This document shows positions 38,831-48,910 of a stretch of DNA of 64,000 bases, one piece after another. The notes beneath the pieces were generated by a model that had not been told where the DNA came from, did not search any database, and was given only the letters and a program-made list of their open reading frames with translations. Each line of letters starts with the position of its first letter. Within the stretch, counting starts at the first letter, position 1. The stretch is taken from NCBI GenBank assembly GCA_001773215.1, contig MEWB01000001.1, forward strand, positions 550,099 through 614,098. The letters are read 5' to 3'. Made by a program: the position numbers and the translations under genes. This DNA is from a candidate division WWE3 bacterium RIFOXYC1_FULL_40_10 (GTDB lineage Bacteria; Patescibacteriota; WWE3; UBA101185; UBA10185).

Positions 38831-39439
38831 CTAAAGATTAGCAGTTACAGATTTAAACACATCCTCGGGCGTTTGCTCCCCATCAATCTCAATAACCTTT
38901 GTCCCTCTTTTCTTAAAATACTCGATTACGGGAAGAGTTTCAGTTTGGTATATATCAAGTCGCCTGTTTACTGCATCTTCTGTGTCGTCCTCTCTTTGGA
39001 CTAAATTTCCTGCGCATTTTGCCACTTCTTCCTTGGGTAAAGTATATATGTTATAAACTTTACCATCTGTTTCACATGTTCTTCGGCCGGATACCCTTCT
39101 CACAGATTCCTGTCTTGAGATATTGATAACCAGAACCAAATCGGGGTTGGGATCAAAGAAGTTCAGATTGTGGAGACTCCTTGCCCAACCATCAAGAATA
39201 TAGTTGCTACCACAGTTTAGAGCTGTTATTTTTTCTTGGATTAACTGAGCTACAAGATCGAACGGAGCCAATTCCCCCTTATCCATAACAGAGTGGAGCT
39301 CTACATACCTGGGGTGGGTCTGGGACAAATCCCTGAGCAGGTCACCGACGGTTATAAGCGGAATATTTAGAAATCCACTTAGTTTTTCACCTTGAGTGCC
39401 TTTGCCGCAACCTTGAGGACCCATCAGTAATATCATCAT
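38831..39439 (-). CDS. adk: Adenylate kinase
   Basis: MMILLMGPQGCGKGTQGEKL P-loop, and its position after secY. Confidence 0.85.
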   Translation of the reverse strand: MMILLMGPQGCGKGTQGEKLSGFLNIPLITVGDLLRDLSQTHPRYVELHSVMDKGELAPFDLVAQLIQEKITALNCGSNYILDGWARSLHNLNFFDPNPDLVLVINISRQESVRRVSGRRTCETDGKVYNIYTLPKEEVAKCAGNLVQREDDTEDAVNRRLDIYQTETLPVIEYFKKRGTKVIEIDGEQTPEDVFKSVTANL

Positions 39440-39441
39440 GT

Positions 39442-39708
39442 CTATAATCCTGGAAACCCTATATCCTGTAATTTACCTCTCATCTGTTTTTCGACTTTCT
39501 TATTAACTTCTTTAAAAGCGTTATTTAGTAAATCCTTTAGATCTTTTCTATCTTCCCCGTCTATTTCAAATCTTTCCACCTTCCTGTCACCTCGAACAAC
39601 TATTCTTATTCCGCCTTTTTCTATTGTATAGAAAATTTGCTCAAGATCCTTTTGGATCTCGCTTTGCATTTTTCGAAGTCTATTAGCCTCCTTCAGCTTA
39701 TCTAACAT
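39442..39708 (-). CDS. ybaB: YbaB/EbfC family nucleoid-associated protein
   Basis: Matches the family over its full length (MQSEIQKDLEQ ... GGIRIVVRGDRKVERFEI ... DLLNNAF ... GFPGL). Confidence 0.7.
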   Translation of the reverse strand: MLDKLKEANRLRKMQSEIQKDLEQIFYTIEKGGIRIVVRGDRKVERFEIDGEDRKDLKDLLNNAFKEVNKKVEKQMRGKLQDIGFPGL

Positions 39709-39709
39709 A

Positions 39710-40966
39710 TTAGTCCAAGAACCTTTCGTAACTTCTGGTAGTAGTCATCGACTCCACCTGTCTTAATGTTTCTAACACAACTGATACTACAATTAAAAGC
39801 CCTGTTCCCCCGATTGTAAGTACGGAAATCCCCACAAAGGATTGCACCAAAAAAGGCATAATCGCGATGAGCCCCAAAAAGATACCGCCCAACAACGTAA
39901 TTTTCGTTACTATATTTTTAAGATATCTCTCCGTCGACTTACCAGGGCGTATTCCCGGAACAAAGCCACCTTTTTTCTTTACATCCTCAGCAATCTTTTC
40001 TGCATTAAATTGTACCGAAGTGTAAAAATAAGCAAATCCGAGTACCAAAATAAAATATAATGCGTTATAGGCTATACTGTTTTGAGTAAAGTTCTGCCCT
40101 AGAAAAACACCTAAATTTCTCAAACCCGCGTTCCCTGAGGCACTAAGTGGGGCGCTCAACATAGACGGTAACCCAACAATAGCCACAGCAAATATAATTG
40201 GTATGACACCAGCCTGATTTATCTTAATTGGTAGGAAATTCGTAACTTTAGTTGACCTAATGCCTCTTCTACCGTATTCAATGACAATGTTCCTGGTACC
40301 CTCGTTGACTAAAACCACGGCAACAATTACCGCTACAGCTAATAATGCAAATATCATATTATTTATAAAGTTGTCTGCAGAAAGTGAGGAACCAAACCCA
40401 TACAAAGCTTGGGGAAGTCTTCCTATGATACTTACAAATATCAATAGCGAGATTCCATTTCCAACGCCATACTCGCTCACTAATTCTCCCACCCAAACCA
40501 AAAACAAAGATCCTGCTAACAATGTAAAAATTAGCACTACTAAATCAAATAGGCTTAGCGGAGAAATAACTCCCTGCTTCATGAGGAAAAAGTAAATACC
40601 ATAAGCCTGGAAAAAAGTTATAGGTACGGTTAAAAACCTAGTGTACATATTGATCTTTTCTCTGCCGTATTCTCCTTCCTTAGCCAATTCTTCCAAAGAC
40701 GGCACCATAAAAGTGAGTAACTGGATAATAATGGAAGCATTGATGTATGGTGCTAACCCCAGTGTAACAATCGAAAAGTTCTGAAAACCCCCTCCACTAA
40801 ACATATCGAAAAGTCCGAACAGCGCATTACCCGACAAATAGGCTTTAATAGCCGCCACATCAACTCCGGGAACAGGAATATGGGAAAAAAGTCTGAACAC
40901 AACAATCACGAAAAGCGTGAAAAGCATTTTTCTCTTTAAATCTGGGTATTTAAATATATTAATCAT
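39710..40966 (-). CDS. secY: Preprotein translocase SecY
   Basis: 10-TM SecY with conserved segments (GISLLIFVSI, GGIFLGLIAIMPF). Confidence 0.9.
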   Translation of the reverse strand: MINIFKYPDLKRKMLFTLFVIVVFRLFSHIPVPGVDVAAIKAYLSGNALFGLFDMFSGGGFQNFSIVTLGLAPYINASIIIQLLTFMVPSLEELAKEGEYGREKINMYTRFLTVPITFFQAYGIYFFLMKQGVISPLSLFDLVVLIFTLLAGSLFLVWVGELVSEYGVGNGISLLIFVSIIGRLPQALYGFGSSLSADNFINNMIFALLAVAVIVAVVLVNEGTRNIVIEYGRRGIRSTKVTNFLPIKINQAGVIPIIFAVAIVGLPSMLSAPLSASGNAGLRNLGVFLGQNFTQNSIAYNALYFILVLGFAYFYTSVQFNAEKIAEDVKKKGGFVPGIRPGKSTERYLKNIVTKITLLGGIFLGLIAIMPFLVQSFVGISVLTIGGTGLLIVVSVVLETLRQVESMTTTRSYERFLD

Positions 40967-41405
40967 TAATCTTCGAACCGGACTTCTCGATTATTTCCAA
41001 AGCCTTCTTTGAATAGTAAAAGTCTTTAAGTCCAAGTTTTTTATTCAATACACCGGTACCTAACAGTTTAACACCATCCTTTGGCATTTTCTTTAGTATT
41101 CTTTTCTGAACAAGACTAATAGGACTTACGACTTCGCCTTCATTAAACACATTAAGCTTTGATATGGAAACTCCTCTTAGCTTAATTGAGGTGGGATTCT
41201 TGAAACCACCTAGCTGAGGTAATCTCTTGTAGATAGGCACCTGACCACCTTCAAAACCCGGAGATACCTTTGCTCTACCCCTGGCTTTCTGTCCTTTAGT
41301 TCCAAAGCCGACTGTATGTCCGCCTCTGTTACTGGCATATCCTCTACCACGCCTTTTGCCTTTTTCTCTATTTCCTACTATTTTTACTAAATTATCTAAC
41401 CTCAT
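40959..41405 (-). CDS. rplO: Ribosomal protein L15
   Basis: MRLDNLVKIVGNREKGKRRGRGYASNRGGHTVGFGTKGQKARG. Confidence 0.9.
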   Translation of the reverse strand: MRLDNLVKIVGNREKGKRRGRGYASNRGGHTVGFGTKGQKARGRAKVSPGFEGGQVPIYKRLPQLGGFKNPTSIKLRGVSISKLNVFNEGEVVSPISLVQKRILKKMPKDGVKLLGTGVLNKKLGLKDFYYSKKALEIIEKSGSKIND

Positions 41406-41857
41406 ATTTTTACAAACACCTTAAGTTTTTTCAAAGCTTTTATTGCACACCTGGCATTGGATATCTTGTTGTTACTGGCATTTATCATTTTCCCCGAAAC
41501 ATCCCTAATCCCTGCTAGTTCGATAACTGTCCTCACTGGACCACCTGCAATAATTCCCGAACCTTTTGCTGCCGGTTTAAGTAATACCCTAGCAGCACCC
41601 AGTTTTGCCTCTACCTCATGAGCAATTGTATTATCCTTTAGAGAAACAGTAACAAGCTCGGATTTAGCTTCTTTTATGGCTTTGGATATAGCGGAAGATA
41701 CATCTTTTGCCTTTCCATAACCAACCCCAACTCTTCCCTTTTTGTCACCTACAACCACAAGTGCGGTAAAAGATATTGCACTACCTCCGGTTATCTTTTT
41801 GGTAACTCTTCTTATTTGTAAGACTTTTTCTTCAAACTCACTTGGCTGAAAATTCAT
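41402..41857 (-). CDS. rpsE: Ribosomal protein S5
   Basis: GRVGVGYGKAKDVSSAISKA ... GGPVRTVIELAGIRDV. Confidence 0.9.
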   Translation of the reverse strand: MNFQPSEFEEKVLQIRRVTKKITGGSAISFTALVVVGDKKGRVGVGYGKAKDVSSAISKAIKEAKSELVTVSLKDNTIAHEVEAKLGAARVLLKPAAKGSGIIAGGPVRTVIELAGIRDVSGKMINASNNKISNARCAIKALKKLKVFVKI

Positions 41858-41858
41858 A

Positions 41859-42218
41859 TTAGATGCTTAAACCTCCCTCTCTCAACCCATCTACAACATT
41901 CTTAACTCTCCCATGGAATTTATAGCCATTTCTATCAAATACCGCTGTTTTCACTTTAAGTTTTTTCGCCTTTTCTGCTAATAGTTTACCAACCTCCAAT
42001 GCCGCGGCTGTTTTCGGCTTTCCCTTGTGGATTTCTTTTGTCTCTTTAGATACATCCGCCAAAGTTACTCCTTTGGTATCATCAATTAGCTGAGCATAGA
42101 TGTACTTATTCGATCTAAATACCGAAACTCGAGGCTTTTCCGTGGTACCGGATAGGTTCTTTCTGATTCCCAGTTTTCTTCTTTCTCTTTTAGTTTTTCT
42201 TAATATTACGTGGTACAT
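41859..42218 (-). CDS. rplR: Ribosomal protein L18
   Basis: PRVSVFRSNKYIYAQLIDD. Confidence 0.9.
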   Translation of the reverse strand: MYHVILRKTKRERRKLGIRKNLSGTTEKPRVSVFRSNKYIYAQLIDDTKGVTLADVSKETKEIHKGKPKTAAALEVGKLLAEKAKKLKVKTAVFDRNGYKFHGRVKNVVDGLREGGLSI

Positions 42219-42223
42219 ATGAT

Positions 42224-42772
42224 TTATGCTCCTGTCTTAGCTGCCTTTCCGGCTTTTCTTCTAACTACTTCGTTTTCATATTTGATTCCTTTACCCTTAT
42301 AAGGTTCAGGCTTCTTGTATTTTCTCAATGTAGCCGCCACTTCACCAACTTTCTGCTTGTCTGCCCCTTCTATGATCACATGCTGATTATCTTCTACCTT
42401 GATTGTGACTCCTGCAGGTGCTTTAAATTCAATAGGATGAGAAAATCCTAAAGTTAAGCTGACACCGTCATTTCCGCTCTGCTTTGCCCTATATCCAACC
42501 CCGATAAGTTCAAGCTTTTTAGTGTAACCACGAGTAACTCCTTCAACCATGGAATTTAGCAAAGCTCTATATAAACCCCAATAAGCGGGGCTGTTTTTAG
42601 ACTCAATTGCAACACTAAGTACAAGGCTACCTTCCCGGTTTTCTACTTTTATCTCCGGTCTAAGAGTCAACGTCAGATCTCCTTTAGGGCCTTTCACACT
42701 AACTACCTGTCCATCAATGCTGATTTTAACTTCGGTCGGTATTTTGATTGGTAATCTTCCTATTCTCGACAT
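42224..42772 (-). CDS. rplF: Ribosomal protein L6
   Basis: MSRIGRLPIKIPTEVKISIDG. Confidence 0.9.
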   Translation of the reverse strand: MSRIGRLPIKIPTEVKISIDGQVVSVKGPKGDLTLTLRPEIKVENREGSLVLSVAIESKNSPAYWGLYRALLNSMVEGVTRGYTKKLELIGVGYRAKQSGNDGVSLTLGFSHPIEFKAPAGVTIKVEDNQHVIIEGADKQKVGEVAATLRKYKKPEPYKGKGIKYENEVVRRKAGKAAKTGA

Positions 42773-42776
42773 ATTT

Positions 42777-43181
42777 TTAAAAAACCTTACAAATAAGCTC
42801 CCCGCCTAAATTTTTCTTTTTAGCCTCACTGCCGGTCATATAACCCTGAGGAGTGGAAACTACCACAACCCCATATCCTCCTGACACAGGCATTAATTCT
42901 GAGCTCTTTACATATATCCTTCTGCTGGGCTTTGTATAAAGCTTAGTATTAGTTAGCTTGAAACTCCCATCCGCCCCGTTGGCCAAGGTCAAAGATAGTC
43001 TTTTCACTGAAGTGCCTTTTGGTTTAAAAGTTTTCACTTCCGCCAAAAAACCTGTTCTCTCTAATAGCTTGGCAATACTTTCACAGTTGTTAGTATGCAT
43101 AACCTCAATAACAGGCTTGCTAGCCATAGAAGCATTTTTGAGGGCAGTTATCATATTTCCGATTCTATATACATTACTCAT
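42777..43181 (-). CDS. rpsH: Ribosomal protein S8
   Basis: C-terminal GGELICKVF, and position in the spc operon. Confidence 0.9.
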   Translation of the reverse strand: MSNVYRIGNMITALKNASMASKPVIEVMHTNNCESIAKLLERTGFLAEVKTFKPKGTSVKRLSLTLANGADGSFKLTNTKLYTKPSRRIYVKSSELMPVSGGYGVVVVSTPQGYMTGSEAKKKNLGGELICKVF

Positions 43182-43185
43182 ATTT

Positions 43186-43371
43186 TTACCAACTTGCCTT
43201 TTTTACACCAGGTAACAAACCCTGTAAAGCCATTTCCCTAAAACACTTTCTGCACATTTTAAACCTATTAATATATCCCCTTGGATTACCACACAAAGGA
43301 CACCTGTGATAAAACCTCGTACTAAATTTCGGTGTTCTTTTCTGTTTTGCAATCAACGATTTTTTTGCCAT
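43186..43371 (-). CDS. rpsZ: Ribosomal protein S14 type Z (zinc-binding)
   Basis: 61 aa with [20 protein letters not shown]. Confidence 0.9.
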   Translation of the reverse strand: MAKKSLIAKQKRTPKFSTRFYHRCPLCGNPRGYINRFKMCRKCFREMALQGLLPGVKKASW

Positions 43372-43372
43372 A

Positions 43373-43915
43373 TTAATCTTTCCTAAAAGGTATTCCTAAA
43401 AGCTCTAGTAACTTTTTATTGTGCTCCTTAATCCTTGTCCCCAAGCAAAGGGTGACTTGCAAACTCCTTATCCCCTTTGTGGTATTTGGATTTACTTCTG
43501 GAAATATTACATGTTCTCGAATTCCAAGAGAATAATTTCCGTCTGCATCAAAAGCTTCCTCACTTAAACCTCGAAAGTCTCTTACTCTGGGTAGTGAAAC
43601 ACTCACAAGCTTATCTAGGAACGCCCACATTTTATCACCTCTTAGGGTCACTGAATACCCCACAGTTTCACCTTTTCTAACTTTGAACCCCGCAACCGAA
43701 ACACGCGCCTTTCTTGCTCTTGGTTTTTGGCCAGCGAACGAAGTAAACTCGCTCTCAAAGGATGCAACAGCTTCCTTATTGTCTCTAAATGAACCTATTC
43801 CAGCATTAACACTAATTTTTGAAATGCTCGGAACCTGCATAACATTGCTCAATGCCAGTTCTTTCACTAGTTTTGGAGCTATCTCTTTAAGGTATTTTTC
43901 TCTAAGTCTGTTCAT
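43373..43915 (-). CDS. rplE: Ribosomal protein L5
   Basis: L5-family sequence between rpsZ and rplX, the conserved spc-operon position. Confidence 0.9.
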   Translation of the reverse strand: MNRLREKYLKEIAPKLVKELALSNVMQVPSISKISVNAGIGSFRDNKEAVASFESEFTSFAGQKPRARKARVSVAGFKVRKGETVGYSVTLRGDKMWAFLDKLVSVSLPRVRDFRGLSEEAFDADGNYSLGIREHVIFPEVNPNTTKGIRSLQVTLCLGTRIKEHNKKLLELLGIPFRKD

Positions 43916-43916
43916 T

Positions 43917-44222
43917 TTATATAGTATCCCCTGTTACTTTGTTAATTCTGTATTTTTTACCATCGATAATTTTATATCCAATCCTAACAGCCTTTTTATC
44001 TTTACCGGCATAGTACATAACATTAGACACACTAATAGCCTTTTCAACACTGACGATTCCGCCTTCCTTTGATACTGCCCCCGGCTTAATATGCCTTTTT
44101 ACCATGTTTATTGCTTCCACAACAATTTTTCCCTTTGATGGGAGTGATTTTAGTACCTTTGCTACTTTGCCCTTATCCTTACCGGACAGTATTTTTACCA
44201 TGTCATCTTTTCTTATTTTCAT
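43917..44222 (-). CDS. rplX: Ribosomal protein L24
   Basis: KIRKDDMVKILSGKDKGKVAKV KOW motif. Confidence 0.9.
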   Translation of the reverse strand: MKIRKDDMVKILSGKDKGKVAKVLKSLPSKGKIVVEAINMVKRHIKPGAVSKEGGIVSVEKAISVSNVMYYAGKDKKAVRIGYKIIDGKKYRINKVTGDTI

Positions 44223-44226
44223 ATGA

Positions 44227-44592
44227 TTACCAAACCTCCTTGGCTAGCGAGGCAATTTTCAAATAGCCCAAATCTCTAATTTCTCTGGCTACAGGCCCAA
44301 AAACTCTTGTTCCCACCATTGTCTTATCCTTATTTATCACAACAGCAGCGTTATCATCGAATCTTATGTAACTGCCGTCTTTTCTTCTTCTCTCCTTTTT
44401 CGTTCTCACTATAAGAGCTTTTACTACTGAATGGTCAGTGACATTTCCCGTTGAAGAAGCTCCGTTTATAGCAACAGTAACAATATCGCCCAAAATAGCA
44501 TAGCTCCTTTTCGTTCCGACTATTCCTATGAGCTTAAGCTTTTTTGCTCCCGAATTATCGGATGGTTTTAATATTGCTCCAATAGGTAACAT
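44227..44592 (-). CDS. rplN: Ribosomal protein L14
   Basis: L14 family. The start is possibly slightly downstream. Confidence 0.85.
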   Translation of the reverse strand: MLPIGAILKPSDNSGAKKLKLIGIVGTKRSYAILGDIVTVAINGASSTGNVTDHSVVKALIVRTKKERRRKDGSYIRFDDNAAVVINKDKTMVGTRVFGPVAREIRDLGYLKIASLAKEVW

Positions 44593-44595
44593 ATA

Positions 44596-44823
44596 CTATT
44601 CCTCAACTACCTTCCAGCTAACCTCTTTAGATAGAGGGGCGCACTCTTCAATAATTACTTCTTTCCCTATTTCCATTGGTTCAGTAACTCTTGCTTTAAA
44701 TCTCCTGGTATTCTTGAGTGTCTTTTTGTAAATAGGATGCTGTTTGAAAAGCAGTACAGCCACAACAACAGTTTTATTCATTTTATTAGACACTATTTGA
44801 CCTTTTAATCTTCTTTTTGCCAT
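44596..44823 (-). CDS. rpsQ: Ribosomal protein S17
   Basis: S17 family, 75 aa. Confidence 0.85.
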   Translation of the reverse strand: MAKRRLKGQIVSNKMNKTVVVAVLLFKQHPIYKKTLKNTRRFKARVTEPMEIGKEVIIEECAPLSKEVSWKVVEE

Positions 44824-44828
44824 ATACT

Positions 44829-45011
44829 TTATTTTTCTCTTAAAATCGTATTGATACGGGCAATATCTCTTTTAAAGAATCGCATCTTTGTAACATTTTT
44901 TTCCTTGCCTTGCAAAGTATTAATCATCAAAGTTTTAATATCAGCTTTGATTTTATCTATCTGCTCCAAAAGTTCTTGTTTAGTTTTAGTTCTTAATTCC
45001 TTTTTATCCAT
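44829..45011 (-). CDS. rpmC: Ribosomal protein L29
   Basis: MDKKELRTKTKQELLEQI. Confidence 0.85.
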   Translation of the reverse strand: MDKKELRTKTKQELLEQIDKIKADIKTLMINTLQGKEKNVTKMRFFKRDIARINTILREK

Positions 45012-45012
45012 A

Positions 45013-45420
45013 CTAGGCTTTTATAATAAATTTCGTTCTCAAAGGCAATTTTGCTGCCGCTTTCCCCAACGCTCTTCTAGCTATCTCATCAGTAACACCC
45101 GACATCTCAAAAAGCACTTTACCAGGCTTAATTACTGCCGCATAGTGATCGGTAGGTGCTTTTCCTGAACCCATTCTTGTTTCAGGAGGCTTCTTTGCGA
45201 TTGGTTTGTCAGGAAAAACCCTGATCCAGATTTTTCCACCTCTCTTAGTTTCATGTACTATTTGTTTTCTTGCGGCCTCTAATTGACGGGAAGTCAACAA
45301 ACCTCGCTCAATGGACTTAATTGCATATTCTCCAAATGAAATTGTAGAACCTCTTACTGCAATCCCCCTGTTATTACCTCTCTGTTGTTTTCTAAATTTA
45401 ACTTTCTTAGGAAGCAACAT
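45013..45420 (-). CDS. rplP: Ribosomal protein L16
   Basis: [15 protein letters not shown]. Confidence 0.9.
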   Translation of the reverse strand: MLLPKKVKFRKQQRGNNRGIAVRGSTISFGEYAIKSIERGLLTSRQLEAARKQIVHETKRGGKIWIRVFPDKPIAKKPPETRMGSGKAPTDHYAAVIKPGKVLFEMSGVTDEIARRALGKAAAKLPLRTKFIIKA

Positions 45421-45421
45421 T

Positions 45422-46048
45422 TTAAAAATCTCCCTTATAAACCCATACTTTTATTCCAATTGTTCCGTATAGCAGCAAACAATGGAGTTGAGCATAGTCA
45501 ATGTTTGCTCGGAGCTTCTGAGTTGGAACAGACCCCAATACATACTGCTCAGTTCTAGCTATAGTGTTACTCCCGCTCAAAACTCCGGATACTCTTATCT
45601 TTATACCCTTAGCCCCTTTATTTATTGCCGAACTCATTGCGAAATTTACGACTCTTCTGTAAGGAACCCTTCTCTTTATTTGGCGCATTATATAATCCCC
45701 TACCAGTCGGGCTTCTATTTCAGGCGTTTTTACTTCCTCGGCCGTGATCTTAATTTTGGCCCTGGTGAGTTTTCTAAGCTCTTTTTCCAATTCTTCTACT
45801 CCGGTTCCACCTTTTCCTATCACAACTCCCGGCTTGGAAACTTTGATAATAATACTCACATCATTCTCAGTCCTTTCAATTTCTATGTCTTTTAGGCCGG
45901 CTGTCGACAATCTACCATCTAGAAATTTTCGTATTTTAGCATCTTCTAACACTAAATCAGCATATACAGCCTTAGGAGAATACCACCTAGAAAACCAATC
46001 TCTTGTTATTCCAACTCTAAACCCAATCGGGTTAACTTTATGTCCCAT
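45422..46048 (-). CDS. rpsC: Ribosomal protein S3
   Basis: [20 protein letters not shown] domain. Confidence 0.9.
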   Translation of the reverse strand: MGHKVNPIGFRVGITRDWFSRWYSPKAVYADLVLEDAKIRKFLDGRLSTAGLKDIEIERTENDVSIIIKVSKPGVVIGKGGTGVEELEKELRKLTRAKIKITAEEVKTPEIEARLVGDYIMRQIKRRVPYRRVVNFAMSSAINKGAKGIKIRVSGVLSGSNTIARTEQYVLGSVPTQKLRANIDYAQLHCLLLYGTIGIKVWVYKGDF

Positions 46049-46052
46049 TCCT

Positions 46053-46397
46053 TTACTTCCTTTCCCCTAAAGAAATATAAATATTGCTGAACCTTTTCAA
46101 AATTGGGCTAAATCTACCCTTACCAACAAACTGGCCCGACTTCATAACCCTGCCGCTTCCGACCCAGGCATCCTTAACGACCAGAGAATCGGTTTTTCCC
46201 TTTCCGGTAGACTCAGCATTAGCTCCAGCCGATTTTAATAATTTGAGAATAATCTTAGCCGCTTTTGTTTTATCAAAGGCCACTCGAATCATAGCATCCT
46301 TTAATCCGCGGTTCCTCACCAGATTTAGAACCGGTACCACTTTTTTAGGACCTATTCGAACATTTATTCTCTTTGCTTTAGTTACTTCTTCAATCAT
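46053..46397 (-). CDS. rplV: Ribosomal protein L22
   Basis: L22 family. Confidence 0.85.
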   Translation of the reverse strand: MIEEVTKAKRINVRIGPKKVVPVLNLVRNRGLKDAMIRVAFDKTKAAKIILKLLKSAGANAESTGKGKTDSLVVKDAWVGSGRVMKSGQFVGKGRFSPILKRFSNIYISLGERK

Positions 46398-46406
46398 ATT
46401 ATTAGC

Positions 46407-46673
46407 TTAAATTTTCTTAGATGAGTGTGCTCTAAATGTCCTTGTAGGGGCAAACTCACCAAGTTTATGGCCAACCATGCTTTCTGATACAAATACAGGA
46501 ATGTGTTTTTTGCCATTGTGTACATCAAAAGTAATTCCCACCATTTCGGGAACTATTGTTGATGCACGGGCCCAGGTCTTGATGGCAGATTTACTCCCAG
46601 TTTCAAGAGCCTTTTTTACCTTTTTCATCAACTTTTCGTCTGTATATATTCCTTTTTTTAGCGATCTTGCCAT
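46407..46673 (-). CDS. rpsS: Ribosomal protein S19
   Basis: [29 protein letters not shown]. Confidence 0.9.
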   Translation of the reverse strand: MARSLKKGIYTDEKLMKKVKKALETGSKSAIKTWARASTIVPEMVGITFDVHNGKKHIPVFVSESMVGHKLGEFAPTRTFRAHSSKKI

Positions 46674-46741
46674 ATATTTTTACCTTTTGCCAATCAGTGC
46701 CCAAGAATATCACACCAGAGCACCAAATACTAGCTTGTTAT

Positions 46742-47569
46742 TTACTTCTCGTATCTCCTTTTAACAATTGTGTAATCAGTGTATTTTCGTTTTCTCGACC
46801 TCACACCTCGGGTTATCCAACCCCATGGAGACTTTGGTGATTTCATACCAATTCCTGTTTTTGAATACTTACCGGCATGTGGGTGGTCTTTTTTCGGATT
46901 TGCCATGGCAACGCCTCTTACGGCAGGTCTTACTCCGATATGTCTCTTCCTACCTGCTTTCCCCAGTCTGATGTTTCTCAAATCGGGGTTTCCGAGTGTA
47001 CCTATAGTAGCCAAACAGCCTTCTTTTATTTTTTTCACTTCTTTGCTTGGTAGTCTCACTAACACAACTCCTGCTTCTTTCGATAACACCTGAGCTGAAT
47101 TTCCAGCACCACGTACTATCTTTGCACCGGCGCCGGGATTTAGTTCTATATTGTGAATAGGCATACCCAACGGAATTTTAGATAACGGAAGGGTATTGCC
47201 GACTTTTGGCTCCACTTCGGTGCCTGAAACAACAACCATGTCTTTTTCCAAACCTTCTGGAGCCAGGATATATCTCTTTTCTCCATCTGCATAAACCAAA
47301 AGTGCTATATTTGGTCCTCTGTTAGGATCATACTCGATTGTAGATACTCTAGCTGGAATGTTGAATTTTTCTCTCTTAAAATCCACTTGCCTATATAATC
47401 TCCTAGCTCCTCTTTCCTTATGTCTAACAGACACTGTACCGTTGTTCCTCCCTGCGGTTCCTACAATGGCTCTGGTTTTAGATTTTAGGGGACGCACCTT
47501 ATCCACGCTATATACTAATGTTCTTCTCTTGCGCTGTCCTGAACTTGTTGGTTTATAAGTCTTAATCAT
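46742..47569 (-). CDS. rplB: Ribosomal protein L2
   Basis: L2 family, 275 aa. Confidence 0.9.
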   Translation of the reverse strand: MIKTYKPTSSGQRKRRTLVYSVDKVRPLKSKTRAIVGTAGRNNGTVSVRHKERGARRLYRQVDFKREKFNIPARVSTIEYDPNRGPNIALLVYADGEKRYILAPEGLEKDMVVVSGTEVEPKVGNTLPLSKIPLGMPIHNIELNPGAGAKIVRGAGNSAQVLSKEAGVVLVRLPSKEVKKIKEGCLATIGTLGNPDLRNIRLGKAGRKRHIGVRPAVRGVAMANPKKDHPHAGKYSKTGIGMKSPKSPWGWITRGVRSRKRKYTDYTIVKRRYEK

Positions 47570-47570
47570 A

Positions 47571-47864
47571 TTATTCCTTTGGCATCAAATTGATTGATTG
47601 CCCTGCTTTGATCGAAATAATTGCCTTCTTCCATCTTGGGGTTTTCATGAATTTCCTGGTCCCTGTAATCCTTCTTCTTTTACCCGGTACAACAGATGTC
47701 CATACTGAAACACACTCCACACCAAAGATTTTTTTAATGTCTTCAGAAACTTGGCCTTTGCTGGTCTTCATCGTAATCTGAAAAATGTATCTGTTTTCCG
47801 CTGATGTTTTCCCTAAACTTTTCTCTGATAATATTGGTTTAATTATATTATTACTTAGCTGCAT
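47571..47864 (-). CDS. rplW: Ribosomal protein L23. Start moved to the internal ATG (MQLSNNIIKPIL) to avoid a long overlap with rplD.
   Basis: L23 family. The ORF-track start would overlap rplD by 41 nt. Confidence 0.8.
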   Translation of the reverse strand: MQLSNNIIKPILSEKSLGKTSAENRYIFQITMKTSKGQVSEDIKKIFGVECVSVWTSVVPGKRRRITGTRKFMKTPRWKKAIISIKAGQSINLMPKE

Positions 47865-48477
47865 ATTTGTCCTCCAAAGCCAAAAGTGCATCCTTTAGAA
47901 ACACTATCTTATGTGACTTTAATACCTCGAAGGCATTTAGATTTCCAAAAAAAGATGCCTCAAGTTTAGGTAAATTTATCAATGATTTTTTTAAATTCTC
48001 ATCTTTACTCGACCATACAAAAAGTGCTTGCGTACGAATACCTAAAGTAGACATAATCTTAGAAACTGCACCTGTTTTAGGCTTATCCAGGCTAATCTTT
48101 TCCAGTACAACGATATCACCCTTGCTGTATTTATCAGATAAAGCAGATTTCAATGCTAAGGTGATCATTTTCTTAGGTAGCTTTAGCTTCCACGATCTTG
48201 GCTTAGGTCCGTGAGCAACACCGCCCCCTACCCATAGAGGACTTCTAATAGAACCTTGTCTAGATCTGCCGGTATGCTTTTGTGCTCTTGGCTTAATACC
48301 GCCTCCTCTAACCTCAGCACGTGTTTTTGTAGATGATGTACCTTGTCTTTGATTTGAATTGTAAACTCTCAAGTACTGGGCTAACACTCCTTTGTTTGGA
48401 ACTATCCCAAAGATAGCTTTGTCTAAAGTTAACTCTTCAATATTTTTATTTTCTATATCAACTACATTAATTTTCAT
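47851..48477 (-). CDS. rplD: Ribosomal protein L4
   Basis: L4 family, 208 aa. Confidence 0.9.
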   Translation of the reverse strand: MKINVVDIENKNIEELTLDKAIFGIVPNKGVLAQYLRVYNSNQRQGTSSTKTRAEVRGGGIKPRAQKHTGRSRQGSIRSPLWVGGGVAHGPKPRSWKLKLPKKMITLALKSALSDKYSKGDIVVLEKISLDKPKTGAVSKIMSTLGIRTQALFVWSSKDENLKKSLINLPKLEASFFGNLNAFEVLKSHKIVFLKDALLALEDKYAAK

Positions 48478-48895
48478 ATATGCGTATCTGTAATTTGTTG
48501 TTTCTTGGGCCTGGAACGGGACCTGATACTACAATCTTCTTTTCTAACGAATCAACTCTCAAAATAGATAGCCCTTTGATTGTCACCTTAGCATTACCCA
48601 TTCTTCCTGCCATTTTCTTACCTTTCATAACTCTACCCGGTGTTTGAGCCCCAATTGATCCGGGAGCTCTAGGCTTATCACTTTGCCCTCTTGTGGCCAT
48701 GGAACCTTTGAATCCCCATTTCTTCATAACACCTGCAAAGCCTCTACCTTTTGAATTTCCAATAACCGTAACTTTCTTGTTTATTAAATCTTCCCCTACC
48801 TCATCTTCTGCCTGTAAAACAGTAACGGGAACAATACGTCCATCATCTTTAAATAGCTGGGTCATATTCAATTTTTTTGCTTTTATTGTTTTCAT
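48467..48895 (-). CDS. rplC: Ribosomal protein L3, unusually short (142 aa)
   Basis: N-terminus (LGKKVGMTQLF-like: KAKKLNMTQLFKDDGRIVPVTV) and C-terminus (GNSKGRGFAGVMKKWGF ... APGSIGAQTPGRVMKGKKMAGRMG) are conserved. About 60 aa of the middle region is absent. Confidence 0.8.
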   Translation of the reverse strand: MKTIKAKKLNMTQLFKDDGRIVPVTVLQAEDEVGEDLINKKVTVIGNSKGRGFAGVMKKWGFKGSMATRGQSDKPRAPGSIGAQTPGRVMKGKKMAGRMGNAKVTIKGLSILRVDSLEKKIVVSGPVPGPRNNKLQIRIYEN

Positions 48896-48910
48896 TTTGT
48901 TTACCTAACT

